Source of the DNA: Octopus vulgaris
Lineage: Eukaryota
DNA length: 64,000 nucleotides
Reading direction: 5' to 3'
NCBI GenBank assembly: GCA_951406725.2
Contig: OX597822.1
Location: 33,976,001-34,040,000 of the forward strand
Both the position numbers and the translations under genes were made by a program. The notes under the pieces are model-generated. The model was not told where the DNA came from, ran no database searches, and was given only the letters and a program-made list of their open reading frames with translations. Below, piece by piece: positions 1 through 11,271 of this stretch (positions within the stretch are counted from its first letter, which is position 1; every line of letters begins with the position of its first letter).

Positions 1-257
1 TAGTTACAAAGAAATTATTTTAAAAATCTGCCGGTCAAAGTGAAAAGATCCCGGGTATTTTTTTAAATTTTCATTCAATAAATAAGGTTTTTACATTACG
101 TATATATTAATAGTAAATTAAAACTTAAAAGTGAGAGTGAGAGACTTTGCAAATGAGAATGGAATACTCCGCAGTGAATGCAATGAATATTTAAATTTAC
201 GAGAAATTGGAATTTTAAAAGAATCAATAAACTTGACAAATCGAAATTATAGGAAAT

Positions 258-673
258 GGATCTTTTCGGTTTGAACGGCAGTTTTTAACATAATTTCTAG
301 GTAACTAAAAAATTTTAAACTTCCTATACTGGTAGAATGTGTTTATAAAACATCTTTTTCTCTTGGCTTTATTGAGAAAATTCTTTGGTTTGTAAGATAT
401 TTGTTGTTTTTCTTCTTCAATTTCTGCAATTTCAACTAATCAATTACGTCTATTAAGGTGAAAATATTCTGTGCTGTATGAATATTCCCTCGTTTAAGAA
501 ACAGATTGGGTTTATTTACATTTCTGAAGAAAAAAAAGATACCTTTCCCCCCACCCCTAACCCTAACCCTAAAACAGATTGAAATGCAATAGATCGATAC
601 TAGGGTCATAATTATGGGTGACAATTTCATATGACACCGCTAGAAAAAAACGCCCTTCAAACCGAAAAGATCC
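258..673. mobile_element. Non-autonomous TIR DNA element (MITE) with internal (CCCTAA)3
   Basis: Termini GGATCTTTTCGGTTTGAACGGCAGTTTTT ... AAAAAAACGCCCTTCAAACCGAAAAGATCC. Related copies at 18897-19269 (reverse orientation), ~29508-29710 (partial) and a terminus at ~25-52. Confidence 0.8.
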
Positions 674-761
674 GAACATGAATTTAAAAAAAATTTTTCC
701 AGACGATCAACGCTTTAATAATTTCTTTCTTTTAGTACATTTAGTAAGTACTGTATGTATG

Positions 762-1089
762 TTCTTCCACGAGCCATGCCTGGCTCATAGGGCCGGTTTC
801 CCGGTTTCCTTGGAATATAGGTTCCCCACCTGGACGGGACACCGGACCGTCGTAGGCGAGTTGCAAAATGCAGGAGGAAAGAGTGAGAGAAAGTTGTGGC
901 GAAAGAGTCAGCAGAGATTCACCATTACCTTCTGCTAGAGCCGCGTGGAGCTCAGGTGTTTCGCTCATAAACACACACATCGCCCGGTCTGAGATTCGAA
1001 CCCGCGATCCCTCGACTGCGAGTCCGCTGCTCTGACCACTAGGCCATGTGCCTTCACTGCCTTAACCACTAGGCCATGTGGCTCCACTA
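762..1089 (-). mobile_element. tRNA-derived SINE with a locally duplicated head
   Basis: Minus strand reads GGCACATGGCCTAGTGGTCAGAGCAGCGGACTCGCAGTCGAGGGATCGCGGGTTCGAATC (A and B boxes). Head duplicated at ~1061-1089; related copy at ~14690-15007. Confidence 0.75.
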
Positions 1090-1149
1090 GTAAGTATTAC
1101 ATACCTAATTAATAAGCAGCTTTCTCCATTATAATATAGGCATAGTATA

Positions 1150-1203
1150 GATGTGTGTGTGTGTATGTACACATATATGTATATATATATATGCGTGTGT
1201 GTA

Positions 1204-1251
<48 letters not shown>

Positions 1252-1291
1252 TATTTACATCCAATTGTATATATATATGTACATCAAAATG

Positions 1292-1329
<38 letters not shown>

Positions 1330-1520
1330 TATATATACATCATACACGTATATATATACACATACGTATTCGGATGTGCATCCGTATATGAAGGGTGTGA
1401 TTGTATGTCTGCGTGCATGCGCAAGTACAAGCGTATGAGCGTATACGCGCGTATATCCACGTGCACGTGCGCACGCACAGATGTGCTAACCTTGTGGAAA
1501 CAAATCTCTCTCTCTCTCTC
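1150..1520. repeat. Compound (GT)/(AT)/(AC)/(CT) microsatellite and alternating purine-pyrimidine tract
   Basis: Dinucleotide runs visible directly. Confidence 0.9.
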
Positions 1521-1861
1521 GCATCGGCCAAGTTCGACGCAGCCAGAATCAAAGCAGCATCTGTCATGCAGCAGAGTTCTTCTGCAATGAGGTTAGGAAT
1601 CTACTTGTACTTCTAGACAAAGGCTATTTATAGACTAATGTGATGACGAACATCTTCGTCTGGTTATTTCCTGCTTCAGAGAGTAGTTTTTACGTCTTTT
1701 CCTGTCGTTGTTACACGCCTCTCGACGTGAAGCGAATGAATGATACACCACCCGCACGCACGCACGCATACGCGAACAAGTGCAATCACATACGCGTACA
1801 TGTGTGTTCGTGTCTGTGTTCGCGTGTCTGTGTATTTGTGTTTATAAGATACTTATATGTC

Positions 1862-2172
1862 GGTACTGTTTAAGAAGAGTGGTCCCGGTGCGCGCACTCG
1901 TGTACTCGCGCATCGCGCTAGCTAGTCGTGACTAGTCGATCCTACAACGACTACTTAGCAAAGTAAATAAAACACAAAATAAATACTTTTTTTACACAAA
2001 ATAAATCATTTTTTAAAAAAATTATATAAAACAAAAACAAAGTAAATAAATTTTTAAACAAAGTAAATAAAACACAAAAACACAAGGTAAGGATCGACTA
2101 GTCACGACTAGCTAGCGTGGATGCGCGAGTACACGAGTGCGCGCACCAGGACCATTCTTCTTAAATAGTACC
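1862..2172. mobile_element. Mutator-like (MULE) MITE
   Basis: ~80-bp TIRs (GGTACTGTTTAAGAAGAGTGGTCCCGGTGCGCGCACTCG... / ...GCGCGCACCAGGACCATTCTTCTTAAATAGTACC), A-rich core, exact 9-bp TSD TTATATGTC at 1853-1861 and 2173-2181. Confidence 0.85.
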
Positions 2173-2195
2173 TTATATGTCTATCTATATATATA

Positions 2196-2573
2196 CTAGC
2201 AGTATCGCCCGGCGTTGCTCGGGTTTGTAAGGGAAATAATTATATAAGCATTTTTAGAGATGTAAAGTATAATAGCCATCTCAATATGGCTAACCACAAA
2301 GGGGGAGGGGTGTTACTGTAGCTTTTTACGTTCTGAGATTTAATAATAAATTTTATATATGTCAGAAATGGATTAAAAATGGGAAAAATTGATGGTAAAT
2401 TTTTTTTTTAATCGTAGACTCATCGTAGACGCGCGCTAATACCCAGACGGTCTCGATATGAATCACGACTATAAGATACCCGGTTTTGGTTAAACTGCAC
2501 CGCAAAATGTGGGAGTAGTTAGGAATCTAAATCGTAGGAGACAGACACACAACCTCACTTTTATATATAAAGA
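2196..2573 (-). mobile_element. Non-autonomous Helitron
   Basis: Minus strand starts A|TCTTTATATATAAAAG and ends with hairpin CCCGAGCAACGCCGGG then CTAG|T; A/T target site, no TSD. Confidence 0.85.
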
Positions 2574-2647
2574 TTTCCTCTATTTACATAATATTGAGGT
2601 CTCTTTCTTTCTTTTGTTATCTTACTGTTTTTACCAATATACATATA

Positions 2648-2989
2648 TATATATAAATATATATATAGTTACAGAGATGTACTTGCATAGCAAGTGACTT
2701 GATCTGAGATCGTGTGCTGGAACGAAAACAGTTGCAGCGTTGAAGGTGTTTATAAGCCATTTAAGAAACACACAAAAACCGTTAGATTCACTTCAACATT
2801 TAAATTTAATTTGTCAAAATATTTTCGTCGCTTTGAGACCGCGACCTGTTAGCACGATATTTTTGTCAGTGAACAGGTCGCGGTCTCAAAGCGACGAAAA
2901 TATTTTGGCAAATTAAATTTAAATGTTGAAGTGAATGTAACGGTTTTTGTGTGTTTCTTAAATGGCTTACAAACACCTTCCACGCTGCA
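2648..2989. mobile_element. Penelope-like terminal fragment with an inverted duplication
   Basis: Arms 2731-2849 and 2871-2989 are near-perfect reverse complements; TA-rich flanks; degenerate hammerhead-like fold at ~2862-2912. Confidence 0.55.
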
Positions 2990-3351
2990 ATATATATATA
3001 CACACATATATATATATGTATGTATGTATGTGTGTATATGTGTATGCATGTATGTGTGTGTGTGTGCGTGTCTGTGCTTGTGATTGTCCTCCACCACTGC
3101 TTGACAACGAATGTTGGTTTGTTTACATCCCTGTCACCTAGTGGTTTGACAAAGGAAACAGATAGAATAAGTACAATGCTTACAAAAATAAAACTGGAGT
3201 TGATTCATTAAACTACAATTCTTCAAGGCATTGCCCCAGCATGGCCACAGACCAATGGCTGGAAAAAGCAGAAGAATAAAAGAATACATTCTCTGCTTTG
3301 GTCTTATGTTCAAGGCATGAGAAAGCTTGAGTTTACATGAGAAGGCCTAAC

Positions 3352-4037
3352 AGACCTGGTAGAAACAGCAGCCAAATCTCCCTCAAATCACACCTTACTG
3401 TCTTATGTATGTATATATATATGAGCCAATGAGGGGGACCTCTACATGGTAGCTAGACCTGGTAGAAATAGCAGCCAAATTTCCCCCAAATCACACCTTA
3501 CTGTCTTATCTATGTATATATGTATGTATGAGCCTATGAGGGAGACCCCTACATGGCAGCTAGACATGGTAGAAATAGCAGCCAAATCTCCCTCAAATCA
3601 CACCTTACTGTCTTATGTATGTATATATATATGAGCCAATGAGGGGGACCTCTACATGGTAGCTAGACCTGGTAGAAATAGCAGCCAAATTTCCCCCAAA
3701 TCACACCTTACTGTCTTATCTATGTATATATGTATGTATGAGCCTATGAGGGAGACCCCTACATGGCAGCTAGACATGGTAGAAATAGCAGCCAAATCTC
3801 CCTCAAATCACACCTTACTGTCTTATGTATGTATATATATATGAGCCAATGAGGGGGACCTCTACATGGTAGCTAGACCTGGTAGAAATAGCAGCCAAAT
3901 TTCCCCCAAATCACACCTTACTGTCTTATCTATGTATATATGTATGTATGAGCCTATGAGGGAGACCCCTACATGGCAGCTAGACATGGTAGAAATAGCA
4001 GCCAAATCTCCCTCAAATCACACCTTACTGTCTTATC
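3352..4037. repeat. Tandem array, 210-bp unit made of two ~105-bp subunits, ~3.3 copies
   Basis: Identical 62-aa ORFs recur at 3446 and 3656, with a near-identical third at 3866; the subunit core GGTAGAAATAGCAGCCAAAT..CCTCAAATCACACCTTACTGTCTTA recurs. Confidence 0.95.
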
Positions 4038-4629
4038 TTTCTGCTACTTGGATATAGGTGTTATATTCGTCGTAAAAAACTTTCCTGTCACACACTCACG
4101 CACACGCACACACACACACACACGCGCGCGCGCACACACACATACGCGCACACACACACACACACACACTCACACACACGCACGTTAGCTTACAATTTTA
4201 TTTATATATTTGCGTGTCTATGTGTTGAAAGAGGAAGTGGGAGGCAGAGTGAAAGAATCACTCACTACAGTAAGTGAATTACTATCATTTTATTCGTTGC
4301 CCACTGTGTGTGTGCGTTTGCGTGTGGTGTAAACCAGACTAAGAAAAGCATTTGACACACACACCAGAATGTGAGTTTTCTGTAAATTTTGCTTAATTGG
4401 AGTTTAAATTTTAAAAACTGGACCTGGCATGACGCGATGCGTTGTACTCTCAAAAATGCTAGGTAAATTGTAATTGAAGAAATCCTATATTGTAGATTTG
4501 TATAACTCCCAAAGGGAGGCAGATAAAATCTGCCTTTTATAATAAGAGATATATATACTATACAAATATGTTGTGTATATATGTGTGTATTATACGATAT
4601 AAAATACAATACAATATGCATATACATAA

Positions 4630-4679
<50 letters not shown>

Positions 4680-4863
4680 GCATATATGCTTATTCCTTTA
4701 TTCTTTTATTTGTTTCAGCCATTTGACTGCGGTCTTGCTGGAGCATTGCCTTTAGCCGAACAAATCGACTTATTTTTGTAAGCTTAGTATTCATTCTATC
4801 GGGGCGTAAACAGACTTGTCAAGCGATGGTGGCGTTAGGGGGGGGACAAACACAGACACACAA

Positions 4864-4911
<48 letters not shown>

Positions 4912-4932
4912 AAAAAGCAACAAGAATGGATT

Positions 4933-5027
4933 AGTTTTTCTGTACAATTGTTTCATACGAAGAACAGCTTTATTAAAAGCTGCAAATATTGCAGCAAATA
5001 CAAGTGTCCCGTACTCATCAGCCAAAA
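4933..5027 (-). ncRNA. Hammerhead ribozyme motif (type I, long stem II)
   Basis: Minus strand: TTTTGG-CTGATGA-GTACG...CGTAT-GAAA-CAATTG-TA-CAGAAA. Confidence 0.6.
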
Positions 5028-5374
5028 CACATATGAGTTTTCCAAACATCTTAGGGGGTGAGGCTACACTCATGAAGTATCGAAGAGTGATCGGCATCTT
5101 CTCATATATCAGGAAATTATACCCACTTTATTATGGATAAATTCATCGTCTCTGAGTATGAAATATCTCCTCACATCTACAGAAATTACACCTACATTAC
5201 TATGGATGGATTTACCTTTTCTGTGACGCTAACAAGCTTTTTTAAAACCTTTTATAAAACTGTGCATCATTAGAGAACTTTGGAAGTCTGCTTACAATCT
5301 AAATTTGCTTTTTATAGAACTCTCTTCGATACTTCATGAATGTAGCCTCTAGGATGTTTGGAAAACTCATACGT

Positions 5375-5468
5375 GTTTTGGCTGATGAGTACGGGACACT
5401 TGTATTTGCTGCAATATTTGCAGCTTTTAATAAAGCTGTTCTTCGTATGAAACAATTGTACTGAAAAA
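5375..5468 (+). ncRNA. Hammerhead ribozyme motif (type I, long stem II)
   Basis: CTGATGA 5382-5388; stem II GTACG/CGTAT; GAAA 5449-5452; palindromic CAATTG; GUA triplet; stem I TTTTGG/CTGAAA. Confidence 0.7.
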
Positions 5469-5617
5469 CTATTCCATTCTTGTTGCTTTTTTCATGTTTA
5501 TAATCACACCACATTACTTTATGGTTAATACCATATAGATTTCTGGTGCATCTAAGTTAAGTACCGCATTCATGTGAATTAATTGGAACTCACTTGAATC
5601 TTAATTGCTTTTACTGA

Positions 5618-5657
<40 letters not shown>

Positions 5658-5863
5658 CAGGCTTCTTTCAGTTTCCGTCTACCAAATCCAGTTCCAAGGC
5701 AAGAGACTATAGTAGAAGACACTTGTCCAAGGTGCCACGCAGTGGGACTGAACCCGGAAGCATGTGGTTACTAAGCAAGGTGTATATAAATACATATACA
5801 TATATACTATGCTTATATGTATAAAATATATATAAATGTATATTACAATATAAATTATATTAA

Positions 5864-6255
5864 GGCGGCGAGCTGGCAGAAACTTTAGCACGCCGGGCGA
5901 AATGCGTAGCGGTATTTCGACTGCCGTTACGTTCTGAGTTCAAATTCCGCCGAGGTTGACTTTGCCTTTCATCATTTCGGGGTCGATAAATTAAGCACCA
6001 GCTACGCACTGGGGTCGATATAATGGACTTAATCCGTTTGTCTGTCCTTGTTTGTCCCCTCTGTGTGTAGCCTCTTGTGGGCAGTAAAGAAATAAGTATT
6101 TCGTCTGTCTTTACATTCTGAGTTCTGTCTTTACATTCCGCCTAGATCGACTTTGTCTTTCATCCTTTCGGGGTCGATAAATTAAGTACCAGTTGCGTAC
6201 TGCGGTCGATATAATCTCCCCCAAATTTCAGGCCTTGTGCCAAGGGCAGAAAGTA
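5864..6255 (+). mobile_element. SINE family B (head GGCGGCGAGCTGGCAGAAAC; Meta-like domain CCTTTCATCCTTTCGGGGTCGATAAATTAAGTACCAG, internally duplicated)
   Basis: Near-identical copies at ~13511-13925, ~35637-36035, ~57261-57490 and ~63123-63345, plus many decayed copies. Confidence 0.8.
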
Positions 6256-6266
6256 TTATTATAGTA

Positions 6267-6500
6267 TATGGCGAAGTGGTTTATAGCACGGGCTCCTAAC
6301 CCCAAGATTCCGAGTTCGATTACAAGCAGTGACCTGAACAACAACAACAACGACAGCGACGACGAAAAATACCTTAGGAATGAAACCCAGGTTCGAAATT
6401 TCCCCAAGACACCGGAAGAAGGCTGGAGGGTATATCAGCCGAAACGTTGTGTTAACAACAAACAAGATGAGGACAAATATCCCTCGAATGTAAATAATGT

Positions 6501-6503
<3 letters not shown>
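6267..6503 (+). mobile_element. tRNA-Arg(CCT)-headed element with hammerhead-containing Penelope-like tail
   Basis: A box TGGCGAAGTGG 6269-6279; anticodon arm GGG-CTCCTAA-CCC; B-box-like GAGTTCGATT; (AAC)n linker; hammerhead fold 6408-6453; ends at (TA)n. Confidence 0.6.
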
Positions 6504-6567
<64 letters not shown>

Positions 6568-6568
<1 letters not shown>

Positions 6569-7114
6569 ACTTATAAACAAGGGCAAAAGAAAAAAATTCT
6601 AATGCCAAATATGCCGAAAATAGACAAATCGTCAATAACCATATAATTTATCACTAATAGCACGCGTCTCGAAGTAAGCCGACAGAAATTTCTAAAAAAT
6701 TCCGTTATTATCGTATCGGTCCCAATTTCAGAGTTAATTCATAAGAATTTTCAGCGATAAATACGGTAGAAATAAATGAAATACTTACTTATACCCATGG
6801 GAGAACCAAACACATGAGCACACTTAAGTACCCCAAATATATCCAAAACAGAAATTCTCCAGCACACCTCGAGACACATGCAATCGGACTGAAAACTCTC
6901 ATAGAATGAGAGAGTCCGGAAGTGAACACTAATATAGGATAAAATTTTTCGAAAAAAATTCTATCAATGGCCAGCATATTAAAAAATACCTTTAAAGGTT
7001 AAATTTATAAACAGCTTATAAAGAAGGGCAAAAGAAAAAAATTACCTCTAAAGGTATTTTTTAATATGTTGGCCATTGATAGAATTTTTTTCGAAAAATT
7101 TTATCCTATATTAG
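6568..7114. mobile_element. Penelope-like end with direct and inverted terminal duplications
   Basis: Inverted arms 6929-6999 / 7044-7114; direct repeat CTTATAAA.AAGGGCAAAAGAAAAAAATT at ~6570 and ~7015; next to (TA)n. Confidence 0.5.
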
Positions 7115-7338
7115 ATGTAAATAAATAAATGTGACCGCGTGTGTACCGTTGGCGATTTTTTTTTCCTCCGTCTTCCCTTCTCTGGATCTTTCCTTTTCCT
7201 GTGTTTCTGATGAAGAGCTCCGCTCGAAACGTACAACCCTCCTGCTTTCCTTCCTTCCTGAACGTCCAATAATACTATATTTGTTCCGCGAACTCGCGTT
7301 GTTGTGTTTTCTCTTGGTGTTTTCATATTTGGATTAAC

Positions 7339-7343
<5 letters not shown>
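7115..7343 (+). mobile_element. Penelope-like short element with minimal hammerhead
   Basis: CTGATGA-A-GAGC-TCC-GCTC-GAAA-CG-TA at 7208-7233; near-identical copy at ~44296-44495; ends in (TA)n. Confidence 0.7.
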
Positions 7344-7393
<50 letters not shown>

Positions 7394-8019
7394 AAATATA
7401 ACATGCCCGCCCGTGCACGCAATCACACACACACACACACATACACATATTAGAACTCTTATTCAAGCAACAATGCCCACTTCAGGTATTAATGACACTG
7501 CAATCGTATGTAACGTTATTCTGTTGGTCACAACGATGCGTGACTTAATTTTTGCTGTATTGCGTAAACGATCACATGACCGAAGTTTCGCTTGTTCGAG
7601 CGCTAGATCATACGGTGCATTGCGTCCTTAAACAAGATACTTCATTTGCAATCTTCTCAGCGGAAATGAATACAAACTGGGTGCTGGTGAGGCCGTCGCT
7701 TGTTGTATCTATCGCATCCTGGATGTTCCGTTTGGGCCAATCAATGATGGAAAACCAAAGAGGATGCCTATCTATCCCTGCTCTCCACCAAATGGATTCC
7801 TAAAACAATCAGCGGAAGCATAGGACATGCCCTAGTTAGCGTCGCTGTTTCGATGCTGATTATTTCATATCAGATGTTCTAATGTTCCTCTCTCTCTCCC
7901 CCCTCTCTCCTCCCTCATCTCCCCCCCCTCTCTCTCTGTTTATGTGCGAACATATTTCTTTTATGTCTCTGAAGAGAAGGAAAGTGTTTATATGAAATGT
8001 ATTCAATTAATGAATTGTA

Positions 8020-8024
8020 ATGTC

Positions 8025-8112
<88 letters not shown>

Positions 8113-8262
8113 ACACACACACAGAGGTATACACTTCTCTCACACAAGCATACACACTCTACCTCCCTCTCTCACTCTCTCTCTTTGACACGCTCACATA
8201 CTCTTCCTCTCTCTCTCTCTCTCTCTCTTTCAAACACATACACACACTCTCTCCCTCCCTCA

Positions 8263-8312
<50 letters not shown>

Positions 8313-8470
8313 GTGTTACGTGTGTGAACATACTTCTCTTCATGTGTATGAAAAGATAGCGTTTATCTCAATCGACTTCAATTAACAAATTGTAACTCTT
8401 TCTCTCTCTCTCTCTTCCTCGATTCCCCCTCTCTCTCTCTTCCTCGTTTCCCCCTCTCTCACTTCACTCT
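8020..8470. repeat. (CT)n/(CA)n microsatellite cluster
   Basis: Visible directly. Confidence 0.9.
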
Positions 8471-9110
8471 ATCTGTATGTGTATATTTCTGCATGCTCAT
8501 GCGTGTGCGTTGGTGTGTGTTTGTCTCCAGTGCCAAAAATTACTATCGCCAAAACAGACACAATGTGCAGCCAGCCATACCAAGTCGTCAGCGCCTAAAC
8601 AGCCGCACCCAATCGTTTTCTGGGGTTTGTTTCCTTTTTTTTTCTGTACAACACTTGTGTGTTCCATTGTTATGCTTCAAACAACCTTTACTAGGGAGCA
8701 AAACTAAAGGCATAATCGAAATATTTAACCAAATGAAACTAAATGACGAAAATACATCCGTAAATGTTTACATCAAACTAGAAATAAGATCAATTATAAA
8801 ATATGGCAATTTTGACTGATTACTGTAGCGAATATTATTCTGTGTGTTTTTGTCGATCTTCATGAGAGTGTTATGTATATGAAACGAAATCGAAAACAAA
8901 ATCTCAATTGAAATGAAGCAATTTCGTATTTTACGCTTTAAGAAACCTTAACTATGGAACGAAATCGAAGAGACAATCGTTATTTTTAAAATAATGAAAC
9001 AATGTTATGTAGATCTGTAAAGTCATTCATCAAAATATAATTAAGAAAAACCTTATAAGACGGGGAAATTCCATAAGTCAGCAGATAATTATCTAGGAAA
9101 GTGACTATAT

Positions 9111-9501
9111 AGGCATAAGAGTGGCTGTGTGGTAAGTACCTTGCTTACGAACCACGTGGTTCTGGGTTCTTTCCCACTGCATGGCACCTTGGGCAAATGT
9201 CTTCTACTATAGCCTCGGGCCGACCAAAGCCTTGTGAGGCGATTTGGTAGATGGAAACTGAAAGAAGCACGTCGTATATATGTGTGTTTACTTGTTTTAG
9301 TCATTTGACTGTGGCCATGCTGGAGCACCGACTTTAGTCGTGCAAATCAACCCCAGGACTTATTCTTTGTAAGCCTAGTACTTATTCTATCGGTCACCTT
9401 TGCCGAATCGCTAAGTCGCAGGGACGTAAACACACCAGCATCAGTTGTCAAGCGATGTTGGGGGGATAAGCACAGACATAAATGTATACACGCACACACA
9501 C

Positions 9502-9534
<33 letters not shown>

Positions 9535-9970
9535 TGTATGTATGTATGTATGTGTGTGTATACGTTTGTGTGTCTGTGTTTGTCCCCCACCCCCAACGTT
9601 GCTTGACAACCGATGCTGGTGTTTTTACGTCCCTGTAACTTAGCGATTCGGCAAAGGTGACCGATAGAATAAGTACTAGGCTTACAAAGAATAAGTCCTG
9701 GTGTTGATTTGTTCGACTAAAGGCGCTGCTCCAGCACGGCCACAGTCAAATGACTGAGACAAGTAAAAGAGTAAAGGAGTATCTATCTTGTGACGTAGCC
9801 GTGGTTATGTGGTTAAGACGCTCGCTTTGCAACCATGTGGATTCGGGTTCAGTCTCATTATGCAGCATCTTGGGTAAGTGTTTTTTTTAAAAAAAGAAAA
9901 CAATAGTGCCAGGCTGACCAATGCCTTGGGATTGAATTTGGTAGACAGAAACTGCGTGGAAGCCAATCGT
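9111..9970. mobile_element. Cluster of CORE-like SINE family A pieces, including an inverted pair of tail halves
   Basis: Head GGCATAAGAGTGGCTGTGTGGTAAG and CORE-like ACCTTGGGCAA; inverted tail halves ~9287-9480 / ~9575-9775 around (GTAT)n. Confidence 0.8.
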
Positions 9971-10368
9971 ACGTACGTATGCATGCATGCATGCATGCAT
10001 GTATGTATGTAAATATGCGTGGGTTTGGCGATGCAAGCAGGAAAAAATAAACTCAAAACATGACTATATATATATTGTTTAGTAACATTTAGCATAAGCA
10101 AGACAGTGACTCATGGACCGAGAGTTCCGTGCGTTGGATAAGTGTTAACGCAATATAATATACATAAATTTATATATATATATATCTACATACATACATA
10201 CATACATACGTATGTATGTATGTATGTATATATGTATGTATGTATGTATGTATAATGCATATACATTTATGCTTATATCCATAAAACATATATAAACGTA
10301 TATAAATACGTATGCATATATGCTTATATTTATAAAATATATATAAATATATACTAAAATATTCTAAA

Positions 10369-10739
10369 TCTCTCTATATATAAACGGCAGTTTGTCTGTG
10401 CGTGTTTCTGTGTGTCTGTTTGCTTGTACCCTCACCCTGACCACGGCTTTCAACCGATTCTGATGAAACTTGACACACACATAGCCCAATGTCAGAATTC
10501 AAAACTAACGCAGCGAATATTTTGAAAAGTTCCCCCAGTTCTGAAAAAAATCGATAAAATCGACATGGGGTCGAGAATCAGAAACAAACCACAGACTGTC
10601 TAGGGGACGCAACTCAACCTTTTTTAACTCAAAAAAAAATTTACCATCATTTTTTTGATATTTTTTGGCTATAACTCTCTAAAAATGCTTTATAGTTATT
10701 TCCCTTACAAATCTGAGCAACGCCGGGCGATACTGCTAG
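10369..10739 (+). mobile_element. Non-autonomous Helitron
   Basis: Starts A|TCTCTCTATATATAAAC; ends GAGCAACGCCGGGCGATACTGCTAG|T, the same 3' end as the copies at 2196 and 16955. Confidence 0.85.
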
Positions 10740-10960
10740 TTATATGATATACGTGTGTATGATATATAATTATAATGATCCTGTCTCCTATAAGCACAAG
10801 GCCTGAAATTGGGGGAGGGGACTGAGCCACTCTGCTGCTTCTGCTAAATATTAGTAGCATACACATACACACACACATACACACACACACATATACATAC
10901 ATACGCATATGCGCATGCGCGCGTATATGTGTGTGTTTGTTCCCAACTATTGCTTAGCAG

Positions 10961-11271
10961 TGAAGGCGCGTGGCTTAGTGGTTAGGGCATTCGGCTTAAG
11001 ATTGTAAGGTCGTGAGTTGTGTCCTTGAGCAAGACACTTTATTTCACGTTGCTCCAGTCCACTCCACTCAGCTGGCAAAAATGAGTTGTACCTGTATTTC
11101 AAAATAGGGCCGGCCTTGTCACACTCTGTGTCACGCTGAATCTCCCTGAGAACTACGTTAGGGGTACACGTGTCTGTGGAGTGCTCAACCACTTGCACGT
11201 TAATTTCACGAGCAAGCTGTTCCGTTGATCGTATCATCTGGGACCCTCGTCGTCGTAACCGACGGAGTGCT
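10961..11271 (+). mobile_element. tRNA-derived CORE-like SINE (family D)
   Basis: Head GGCGCGTGGCTTAGTGGTTAGGGC and GTGTCCTTGAGCAAGACAC; relatives at ~38177-38465, ~46160-46385 and ~47501-47830. Confidence 0.7.

Larger units (their letters stand above)
4906..5492. mobile_element. Penelope-like element end with inverted pseudo-LTR arms, each carrying a hammerhead motif
   Basis: Arms ~4906-5089 and ~5320-5492 are reverse complements, next to (TA)n; CTGATGA...GAAA core in each arm. Confidence 0.7.

Noticed and set aside
555-572. (CCCTAA)3 telomere-like repeat
   Set aside because: Internal part of a TIR element; too short to be an interstitial telomere.
1109-1616. Several overlapping ORFs (MCVCVCV..., YIYIYI...)
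   Set aside because: Translations of dinucleotide microsatellites; the same applies to most ORFs in the track.
3446-4057. Three near-identical 62-63 aa ORFs
   Set aside because: By-product of the 210-bp tandem array; no recognisable protein.
6267-6335. Functional tRNA-Arg gene
   Set aside because: No acceptor-stem pairing and no T-run terminator; it is a tRNA-derived repeat head.
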